23,604 nt of DNA from a virus (taxonomy: Duplodnaviria > Heunggongvirae > Uroviricota > Caudoviricetes): the IMG/VR virus record IMGVR_UViG_2529292985_000014, positions 1 to 23,604 of that record, one strand, 5' to 3'. The notes beneath the pieces are model-generated. The model was not told the DNA's origin. It ran no database searches and saw only the letters and a program-made list of their open reading frames with translations. Below, piece by piece: positions 8,986-15,982 of the stretch. A program made the translations under genes and the position numbers. Numbering within the stretch: the first letter of the stretch is position 1; each line of letters opens with the position of its first letter.

Positions 8986-9471
8986 ATGGCAAACATTGAA
9001 CCTCGCTGGCTAATTGAAGCACGTAAGCACATTGGCCTGACTGAAATAAAAGGCGCTAAACACAACCCTGAAATCGTTCAGTTTTGGCGCGACATCAAGC
9101 GCGGCGGAATTAAAGACGATGAAACGCCGTGGTGCGCAGCATTTGTCGGTGCAATGCTGGAACGTGTAGGCATCCGCTCAACAAGATTTGAGTCGGCAAA
9201 ATCCTATCTGGATTGGGGCGCGAAATTAGATACACCGGCATACGGATGTATCGTTGTATTTACCCGCGTAGGCGGTGGGCACGTAGGCTTCGTTGTCGGA
9301 CGCCGCGCCAATGGCGATCTGCTTGTCCTGGGTGGGAACCAGGGGGATGCGGTTAATATTCGCGCATTCCCAACATCAAGAGTGTCTGGCTATCGCTGGC
9401 CTGCTGGCGAACCACGCAATACCGCTCTGTTACCAGTCGGAGACGCAGCAACCTCAACTAATGAGGCATGA
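8986..9471 (+). CDS. CHAP / NlpC-P60-like Cys-His hydrolase (TIGR02594-like); candidate peptidoglycan hydrolase
   Basis: 161-aa ORF with ATG start. Candidate catalytic Cys in TPWCAAFVGAM and His in GGGHVGFVVG, spaced as in CHAP-type amidases/peptidases (from memory). Only clearly coding plus-strand gene left of cin, divergent from darB. Confidence 0.55.
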   Translation: MANIEPRWLIEARKHIGLTEIKGAKHNPEIVQFWRDIKRGGIKDDETPWCAAFVGAMLERVGIRSTRFESAKSYLDWGAKLDTPAYGCIVVFTRVGGGHVGFVVGRRANGDLLVLGGNQGDAVNIRAFPTSRVSGYRWPAGEPRNTALLPVGDAATSTNEA

Positions 9472-9495
9472 AAAAAGCCCCGACCAGGCCGGGGC
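9471..9495. terminator. Hairpin terminator, functional mainly on the minus strand
   Basis: A-tract 9471-9476, stem GCCCCG (9477-9482) pairing with CGGGGC (9490-9495). The minus strand gets hairpin plus U6. The plus strand has no T-run after the hairpin. Confidence 0.5.
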
Positions 9496-9573
9496 ATCAC
9501 GCTTCAAGTCACGATCCAATCATTACCGACTATATCAGCCGTCGATAAATCAACTTCCCGGATCTGGAGTCCA

Positions 9574-9798
9574 TCAGTGTGCCTCCGCAATGCTGGGATT
9601 GGTAATATTGCGATACCAGGGATTAGTGTTTGGTTGTGGGGAAGTAGAGAAACGACCAGTAAGAACACCATACTGATCAGGGATCAGAGAACGGGCTTCT
9701 TTTTCGGTTGCGGCAATTGCGAAGTGATCGCAGTGTTTTTGCAGGGAGTGGAAACGCCAGATGAATTCTGGACGTGAGCAAGGATTGGCATTAACCAT
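9574..9798 (-). CDS. Hypothetical 74-aa protein
   Basis: ATG start with GAGG about 9 nt upstream. Minus-strand terminator about 80 nt downstream. No recognisable domain. Could be spurious. Confidence 0.3.
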   Translation of the reverse strand: MVNANPCSRPEFIWRFHSLQKHCDHFAIAATEKEARSLIPDQYGVLTGRFSTSPQPNTNPWYRNITNPSIAEAH

Positions 9799-10211
9799 AG
9801 TTACGGCCTCACTAACAGGTTTAACAACCTGCTACCCGCTGTCAAACAGGTGGCAGGACGTGACAGGGTTGACAGACTGGCGTTAGTGAAACCAGCAGGC
9901 CGAAGCCTCCCCATCACGCCCCACCATAATTCGGGCGTAACGCGGTTTACGGACACAAAAATACCGCAATATCGGAAATCTGCGGTTGTCCGCACTAACA
10001 TTCAGGCTGTCAAACCTGGTCGCAGAATTTGCTACGACGGCATGAATATAAGCCTGAAAACATGGAAGATCAACTAAAAATTTCAGCAATGGATGACTTC
10101 AGTCGATGATGCAGATCATACATTCCGATTTAGAAACAGAAAATTAATTTTCTAATACAAATCATCGAGCGAGCATTTGCCGATCATTGGGATGTTTTGT
10201 AGGCACACAGG

Positions 10212-11174
10212 TCATCCCCTAAATCCCGCAGGGATTGACCAATCCTCCCGGTCAAATTCAGACCGATAGCCACGCTGTTTCATCAGGTCAAAGGCTTCAC
10301 CAATGGTTGCACACCCCTGGGAGCCAGAATAATCCATTGAGAAATCCAGGGCACTGGATTGTTTAGGCTTATTCACTGCGGTAGCGGCACTACGTATCCA
10401 TGCAAATTTTTTTGCCAGCTTTTCAGCGGTACGATACAGAGCCTGCCGTTTTGCGTGCCCCTCGTCTGAACGACGCTTTGCAGCTCTCGCTTTTGCCGCC
10501 GCCAGGCAGCGGTTGGTATGTTCTTCCCTGATTACTGGTTTTTTATCCAGCACCCCATTATCCGCTTGAGAACTATCTGCTGGTGAAGCCTTTGGCTGAA
10601 CCGCGCATGATCTTTCTCTTCTTTTTGCTATAGAGTGACTCTTATTTTCTATTGGCTGTTCATTTTGAACATGGGGGGACTTGTTCAAAATGAACAGGGG
10701 GTTCCCAGTTTCAAAAAAATAACGAACCTTTGAAATCAACTGCTTAACCAGTTTTGTGGCGTTGGCAAATTTGATGCCCTGCTTACCCCCTATCTCCATT
10801 GCTGCATGAATGAAGTGGAGAAATTGTGTCGTAAACCGATATACGTTACACACCTGGGCATTGTTATTCGCTACCTGATGTTGCCTAACAAGCATTCCGC
10901 ACTTCGTCGCTTCAGCAAATGCCCGGCGTACAGTAGAAATACTGCGTCCTGTAATCTCGGACATATCAGCATATGAGCGACGGATCATGTATTCATCGGT
11001 AGCCCCTGCCAGGTTGGCGAACTCGGCAATAATAGCGCTATGTGAAGGGGAAAGAAGACCGCTATGACGAGCAAAAAAACTCAACTGATGACCTTTGATT
11101 TTTTTGTGGTATTCAGTGTTGTTTTTATACTCAGAAGTGTTGAAAGTTACTGAAACTGAATTTAAAATATTCAT
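10212..11174 (-). CDS. Hypothetical DNA-binding protein with HTH-like segment and basic central region
   Basis: 320-aa ORF with ATG start. HTH-like MSEITGRSISTVRRAFAEATKCGMLV. Lys/Arg-rich stretch AKARAAKRRSDEGHAKRQ. Contains the paired palindromes at 10658-10702 in its linker region. Confidence 0.5.
   Translation of the reverse strand: MNILNSVSVTFNTSEYKNNTEYHKKIKGHQLSFFARHSGLLSPSHSAIIAEFANLAGATDEYMIRRSYADMSEITGRSISTVRRAFAEATKCGMLVRQHQVANNNAQVCNVYRFTTQFLHFIHAAMEIGGKQGIKFANATKLVKQLISKVRYFFETGNPLFILNKSPHVQNEQPIENKSHSIAKRRERSCAVQPKASPADSSQADNGVLDKKPVIREEHTNRCLAAAKARAAKRRSDEGHAKRQALYRTAEKLAKKFAWIRSAATAVNKPKQSSALDFSMDYSGSQGCATIGEAFDLMKQRGYRSEFDREDWSIPAGFRG
10658..10702. repeat. Two adjacent palindromes TGTTCA-TTT-TGAACA and TGTTCA-AAAA-TGAACA, each followed by a G-run, inside coding sequence
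   Basis: Read directly: 10657-10705 is CTGTTCATTTTGAACATGGGGGGACTTGTTCAAAATGAACAGGGGGTT. It encodes ...NPLFILNKSPHVQNEQP... of the 320-aa protein. Confidence 0.6.
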
Positions 11175-11224
11175 CAGATAGTTCCGTGAAAAAATCTATC
11201 TACCGTATAAATCTATGCCAGTGG

Positions 11225-11234
11225 ATTTATACAC
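11225..11234 (-). promoter_or_regulatory. Candidate extended -10 element (GTGTATAAAT on the minus strand) for the 320-aa gene
   Basis: Lies between the terminator at 11236-11269 and the ATG at 11174. Weak; prediction by eye. Confidence 0.2.
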
Positions 11235-11235
11235 C

Positions 11236-11269
11236 AAAAAGCCGCTTCTCAGCGGCTTTTGCTTTTTTT
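11236..11269. terminator. Bidirectional rho-independent terminator
   Basis: A5 at 11236-11240, stem AAGCCGCT (11239-11246), loop TCTC, stem AGCGGCTT (11251-11258), then TTGCTTTTTTT. About 100 nt downstream of the 332-aa gene stop. Confidence 0.6.
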
Positions 11270-11328
11270 GGCAGTCGCTACCGGAGCAGTGACCGCGATC
11301 CTACTCGATCACATCGGACAGAATCAAC

Positions 11329-11346
11329 AGTGTATATAAATACACT
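11329..11346. promoter_or_regulatory. 18-bp AT-rich perfect palindrome AGTGTAT-ATAA-ATACACT (operator-like or -10-like)
   Basis: Read directly. Geometry GTGT-N8-ACAC resembles a LexA box (CTGT-N8-ACAG) but the outer conserved C/G positions are swapped. Sits between the 332-aa gene stop and the terminator. Confidence 0.3.
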
Positions 11347-11374
11347 ATGTTAGAAATTTAATTTCATTCTGCGG

Positions 11375-12373
11375 TTATGCCCGTCGTGAAACGAAGAGTA
11401 ATGGGGTAGTATTTTTGCTCTCCTTCGGCGATAACTCCGGCTCTTTCTTGCCTGATATCGGCAAGCCATAAGTCGCATTTGCCCCCAGTGATTCAAGCAT
11501 CGCAGCCACTATGCGAGCATCATCTTCAGACTGCATACGGCAGAGCGCCCGGCGCTGTTCTGCGCTAATAAAAACAGGCATTTCCTGGATAGCGTCACGC
11601 AAAATCCGGCGGCATTGCTTTGCATTTTCCCCCTGGCTTTCCATCATCGCTGTTTGAGTGCGCAGCTTATCTCGAAGCTGTATGTTTTCCACTTCAAGGA
11701 GCATCAATTCTGACTCAAGGGCTTCACGCTGTGCTGACTCGAAAATAGCCTGCTGATTCTTCATTGCTGAAAAGTGGTGAACAAGATCCGTAGCCGCGTT
11801 ATCGGTAAAACCTTGTTCGATAAGTGCCGCATGAATAGCCGCGTCGCGCTCTTCTGCTGATTCCAGCATCAGGCTTTTCTTGTCCAGACTGATATAGTTA
11901 GGCACAGTTACGTAATCAAAGCCGTGAAAAGACTTTACCAGGGATACAGATGAATCTGGGCCAGATGTAGCCCATGACCAACCACCCGCACCAGAATTAA
12001 TCATTCCCTGTACAATACGCCCGGTGTCTGTATCCAGTATTTCCTGCGTATGGGTAACAATGCCGTTGTCGTCAATCGAAATGTCGATAGTCCTGTTTGA
12101 TGGCACGTTCTCCAATACAACAGGTTTCCCATCAACCATCACAACAGAGACTTCCGGCAGGTTCAGGCTTTTCGTTTTGTTATAGTGCATCGCCCGGCGA
12201 CCATGACCGTAATAGCCATACATCTCACCAAGTGCGATACGCTCTTTTGTTTCTGGCGAGTTGAATGTGTCTCGCACCGACTGAATAACGTAATTTCGGT
12301 TGTTCTGCGGTGTGTGTTTGCGGATTTTCTCTACCAGGGAGAAGCGATCCGTAACAGTGTTCAGTGATTGCAT
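11375..12373 (-). CDS. Putative prohead protease / scaffold-like protein (possibly P1 Pro-like)
   Basis: 332-aa ORF: N-terminal globular part with Gly/Ser-rich GAGGWSWATSG, central coiled coil ALESELMLLEVENIQLRDKLRTQ, short C-terminal tail. The layout resembles prohead protease-scaffold fusions. Assignment is by architecture and neighbourhood only. Confidence 0.3.
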   Translation of the reverse strand: MQSLNTVTDRFSLVEKIRKHTPQNNRNYVIQSVRDTFNSPETKERIALGEMYGYYGHGRRAMHYNKTKSLNLPEVSVVMVDGKPVVLENVPSNRTIDISIDDNGIVTHTQEILDTDTGRIVQGMINSGAGGWSWATSGPDSSVSLVKSFHGFDYVTVPNYISLDKKSLMLESAEERDAAIHAALIEQGFTDNAATDLVHHFSAMKNQQAIFESAQREALESELMLLEVENIQLRDKLRTQTAMMESQGENAKQCRRILRDAIQEMPVFISAEQRRALCRMQSEDDARIVAAMLESLGANATYGLPISGKKEPELSPKESKNTTPLLFVSRRA

Positions 12374-12386
12374 TATTTCCCTCCGG

Positions 12387-14069
12387 TTAATTGCTCATCA
12401 CAAATTTTGCAAAGTTTATTAACTGTTCTGGCGTCCAGTTTTCCGGATCGTCACCGGACGACAACGGCGCGGATTCGTACATACCATGCTCGTTGTTTTG
12501 CTCTGATTCATTCGCCTTAAACTCTTTGATCATGGTGTTGAGAGTGTCATCGTCGATGTGCAACTGCTCGGTAAACAGATAACGCATAAACGCGTCACTA
12601 CCAGCCAGTTTCGGGTTGTTCTGGATCTGGTCCATAATTTGGGAGATGACAGCAACAAAGTTGGCGCGTGCATCCAGTTCCCGGTTTTCCTCTTCCTGAA
12701 TAGCAGTGTTCATTGAGTTGAATTGCACGTCATAAGGGCGGTTTTTTTCGGTGTAAACCTTGCCGTATTTATAAGCGAGGTGAATGTCCAGAAGCTGATA
12801 AATAGTTCGCTGGGCGGCCTGTCTGATCCAGTTCGCACGCAATGCAGCCTGGATAGCAGTTTGCTGCCAGCCGCCTTCTCCAAGCCCTCCGCTCATCTGA
12901 TCAGCCCAGCCAAGCATTGTTGCGTCAATGCCGAGGCTTGCAGCAAGCTGCCGGAGGTGAAACATAACGTCTTCGATACCACTGATATCTGCGGGTATGG
13001 ATTGCGTATCAATGGTGATGCCGTTCTTCCCGTCTCCCATAACAGGTATCAGATGGTTAAGCACAGTTGGAATAGCGTTGGCATTAATCGACCTTTGCGC
13101 CACCAGGTCACTATGACGCTTCAATGCCTGGCTGACGCCACGCGTATAGTTCGCCGCATTAACCGGGTCAAGTGTGTTCGTCGTAAGAGCAATCAGGCGG
13201 TCAATTTTGGCTGCATTATTTCGCGTTGATTTCAGCGCGGCGAGCGAAGCACATAAATTAAGGTAAGGTTCATAGCTGTATTCCAGGAATGAAGTTCCGT
13301 AATTCTGCGTCTCCATTAACGGCTTATCAGCTTGATCACTTAACAGTGAGTACCCTTTTGTGCCGTAGCTAACCGGAATAACTTTATGCTGTGGCGTCCA
13401 ATAGGGATTTTTCATGGAAACCAGATTCCACGGTTCGGTTATTACTCTGCGCAAACTATGCGTATCCAGGATGTAATCACCACTGAATCCAACCAGCTGG
13501 CTACCGCGATAAAATTCCTGGACGAAATGTGGCAGAGTGTAATAACTGGACTCAATGCCTGTTATCCCCCTGCCCTGTTCAGCATAAGGTCGGACATAAG
13601 ACACCCCAAAGATCGCCATGATCATGGCCCATGAAGGAAGTCCGTCATTAATCATCGCCCCCAAATCAGCGGTTAACTCTTCACATCTACTTACTGCCTC
13701 GGCATCGGAACCATCCTTTGGCGAAAGGATGAATGCCTGTCCGTTTTTTTTTGAAGGCGCAAGCGCATGTGCAATGTGAATGTTTAAAGCCGTCGAGATA
13801 GTCGGGCTTTTAGCCATCGTTTCCAGGATGTTGTACTTTTGCAGGCGCTCGCCGGGCAGTTCAGCGGATAAAGAAATTGAATCTGCCTCACTCGTCATGC
13901 CATCGCTATTGCTCCCCAGGATGCCTGGACGTAAAGCAGACAGGCCGGAACGAGCAACGACACTATGTCCGCTCGTAAAAACGACCGGATCGGCGGGCGT
14001 AACATCACCACCGTTGAAGGCTTTCTTCAATGCTGACAGAAAGCCTTTGTTTTTGTCTTTCGTTGCCAT
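12387..14069 (-). CDS. Putative portal-like virion structural protein
   Basis: 560-aa ORF with ATG start preceded by GGTGA. Size and acidic C-terminus fit a portal protein. It directly precedes the protease-like gene. No diagnostic motif verified. Confidence 0.3.
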   Translation of the reverse strand: MATKDKNKGFLSALKKAFNGGDVTPADPVVFTSGHSVVARSGLSALRPGILGSNSDGMTSEADSISLSAELPGERLQKYNILETMAKSPTISTALNIHIAHALAPSKKNGQAFILSPKDGSDAEAVSRCEELTADLGAMINDGLPSWAMIMAIFGVSYVRPYAEQGRGITGIESSYYTLPHFVQEFYRGSQLVGFSGDYILDTHSLRRVITEPWNLVSMKNPYWTPQHKVIPVSYGTKGYSLLSDQADKPLMETQNYGTSFLEYSYEPYLNLCASLAALKSTRNNAAKIDRLIALTTNTLDPVNAANYTRGVSQALKRHSDLVAQRSINANAIPTVLNHLIPVMGDGKNGITIDTQSIPADISGIEDVMFHLRQLAASLGIDATMLGWADQMSGGLGEGGWQQTAIQAALRANWIRQAAQRTIYQLLDIHLAYKYGKVYTEKNRPYDVQFNSMNTAIQEEENRELDARANFVAVISQIMDQIQNNPKLAGSDAFMRYLFTEQLHIDDDTLNTMIKEFKANESEQNNEHGMYESAPLSSGDDPENWTPEQLINFAKFVMSN

Positions 14070-14133
14070 GAATCACCGCAAATTGTTTCCAGTTTTGCGG
14101 CAGCATAATCAGTATGTGATTTCAGCGGTTGGT

Positions 14134-15531
14134 TTAGTTTTCTGTACGGCAATTATTTGGAACTGTAGAATTTTCAAACATAGCAAAGTTCAGACCTTTC
14201 CCTTCGCCAAATTCACCCTCAATTTCATCAGATACAGCAGACAAAATACTACGCAGATCAACATCGCCACCGCCGAACATATCGCCCAATGCCTGTTGTT
14301 TATGAGTCAGCTCGTCGTTGATTTTTTGCGCCATTTTTTTGAATGCTGCCCCCATACGCTTCGCACTGCGATTATTTGCTACGATGAATAGCGCCAATGC
14401 CTCAGCTTCCGGTGTACTGTCGCCGAATAACCCCCTTTGGGCGATCACTTCTTCAACGGCCTGACCGTTGTCTTTGGCTTCACGTACAAGATTAATTGCT
14501 TCCTGGAGTGCTGCTATCGCCTGTGTATCCAGGCCATTAACCTGCTCTATACCGTCCACTAAGCCTGTTACTGCGTCATGGTGAGCGTCGCCAGACAGCG
14601 ACTGCATTTGCGCAAAATCGCTGGCTGCCGTATTTAATGCGATCAGGATATTACGCATTTCCGGATCTGGCTCTTCCGACACCAGCCGAACAAGCCTTTC
14701 ATCCTTGTACGCTTTGGCAAAAATTGCATTCTGGATGCGATCGATAAGCTGTTTCGTGGGACGCCCATCGGCAGTAAGCAAGCCTGCCGTCGCTGTATCG
14801 CCAATTTCGCGCAAAAACGCACGAATAAACGCATCATTGGACCGCGCCAGCAGGTTTCCATCATCTGAAGGATTAAATAGCGCCATGACGCTCTCAGTGA
14901 GAAATTGCGCATCCGCATACGCTTTTTCACTTGCTGCCATCTCTTGCAGATCACTAATGTTTGAATCGCGGGCAAATTGAGCGCGGTCTACATCTGTGAG
15001 TCTTTCTCGCACCAGTACGGGCATAGACATTTGCGAAATTTCGTCAGGATTCAGACCAAACTCTTTCGCATGGTCGATCAGGTACTGGCGATACTCATCC
15101 GCCTGTCCTTGCTCATAGGCACGCCAGATACCCATACTCCTTCCGTTGCCGGATTCAACAACGTTGTCCGGACCAACTATCGGCGCTCCATGGCTGCTCA
15201 TACCGGAATCCGTTAATTGTGCCGGGCGTAAATCGGAGGCAATACGGTTAACCTGGAGTTTGCTGGATAGCCGGGTACGATCTCGTGGTTGGAGTTCTTC
15301 CGGGAAGGCCGGGTTAATCGTACCGTCAAGGTTGTTCGAAATGATTAGACTGCTGGCATCAACGACCTTAAAAGCCGTCTTTACCTCTGCGCCTTTGCTG
15401 GTGACTACGTAGCTACTTCGCCCCATGCGTGTTTCTTTCCTCTCTAATGAAGAAACCAGAGCAATGACGCTGTTAATATCTGCGGCCTCGGAAAGCGCAG
15501 AAGTAACTGATTTGTTCAAAATACACTCCAA
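14134..15531 (-). CDS. Hypothetical alpha-helical protein, possibly a virion internal protein (downstream of the DdrA-like gene)
   Basis: 465-aa ORF. Track start is TTG 15531. An alternative TTG at 15519-15517 has GGAG 6 nt upstream. No motif recognised. Confidence 0.35.
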   Translation of the reverse strand: MECILNKSVTSALSEAADINSVIALVSSLERKETRMGRSSYVVTSKGAEVKTAFKVVDASSLIISNNLDGTINPAFPEELQPRDRTRLSSKLQVNRIASDLRPAQLTDSGMSSHGAPIVGPDNVVESGNGRSMGIWRAYEQGQADEYRQYLIDHAKEFGLNPDEISQMSMPVLVRERLTDVDRAQFARDSNISDLQEMAASEKAYADAQFLTESVMALFNPSDDGNLLARSNDAFIRAFLREIGDTATAGLLTADGRPTKQLIDRIQNAIFAKAYKDERLVRLVSEEPDPEMRNILIALNTAASDFAQMQSLSGDAHHDAVTGLVDGIEQVNGLDTQAIAALQEAINLVREAKDNGQAVEEVIAQRGLFGDSTPEAEALALFIVANNRSAKRMGAAFKKMAQKINDELTHKQQALGDMFGGGDVDLRSILSAVSDEIEGEFGEGKGLNFAMFENSTVPNNCRTEN

Positions 15532-15588
15532 CTATAGAGAAAGCTGTGAGTGTAAAAAGAGTGTGATTTATGTGAGAACAGAGAAGTG

Positions 15589-15611
15589 AAAGGGGGATTC
15601 CACCCCCTTTT
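15589..15611. terminator. GC hairpin AAAGGGGG-ATTCCA-CCCCCTTT between the DdrA-like and 465-aa genes
   Basis: Read directly. Followed by TTTTG on the plus strand and TTTC on the minus strand. A TATAGT -10-like hexamer lies just downstream on the minus strand. Could be an attenuator or partial terminator. Confidence 0.3.
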
Positions 15612-15613
15612 GA

Positions 15614-15982
15614 TTACCCGGCATAACCGTTGGCTTTCACCCAGCTTATGGTCTGTTCTTTAGCCTGCTCCAACGTAAGGAACTCGCCAACATAGTTTGA
15701 GATCCCACGCAGCGCATCAATAAATTCCATTTGTGTGGACTTTGTGAACACACCGCCCAGGAAGTCAGTCACTATCTTAGGGACTTCATCTACAACAGGA
15801 TCAGTCTGTTGTTGCGGTTCCGCTGCCGGTTGCGCGGCAGTCCCCAGGCCCAATTTCAGCATCACATCAACAATCTGCTTACCAATGGTGACGCGTTGCA
15901 ATACTGGCGCAGTTTTCTGCGCCTGCATTAGATCTGATAGCTCTTTACCTAATTTCAGGCGGTCTAAAACAGAGATGGTCAT
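15614..15982 (-). CDS. DdrA-like small protein encoded directly downstream of the DarA-like gene
   Basis: 122-aa ORF. Its ATG overlaps the upstream stop (TAATG), indicating coupling. Assignment by position only. Confidence 0.4.
   Translation of the reverse strand: MTISVLDRLKLGKELSDLMQAQKTAPVLQRVTIGKQIVDVMLKLGLGTAAQPAAEPQQQTDPVVDEVPKIVTDFLGGVFTKSTQMEFIDALRGISNYVGEFLTLEQAKEQTISWVKANGYAG

Noticed and set aside
9293-9676. 127-aa plus-strand ORF overlapping the 3' half of the CHAP-like gene and running through the terminator
   Set aside because: Overlaps a better-supported gene in another frame and crosses a terminator hairpin.
9800-9900. GC-rich stretch examined for a tRNA gene
   Set aside because: No T-loop-like GTTCRANYC motif or acceptor-stem pairing found by eye. 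Not callable as tRNA without a covariance-model search.
11329-11346. Possible LexA (SOS) box
   Set aside because: Spacing matches CTGT-N8-ACAG, but the outer conserved C and G are replaced (GTGT...ACAC). Kept only as an unassigned palindrome.
14069-14134. The 465- and 560-aa ORFs as one gene split by a frameshift
   Set aside because: They are in different frames and separated by 64 nt, with a stop two codons upstream of the 560-aa ATG, which itself has a GGTGA ribosome-binding site. More likely two genes.
12723-14391. Plus-strand ORFs of 168, 82 and 203 aa antisense to the 560- and 465-aa genes
   Set aside because: Antisense to long, tightly coupled minus-strand genes. The 203-aa ORF would also span the gap between two genes. 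No supporting signals.
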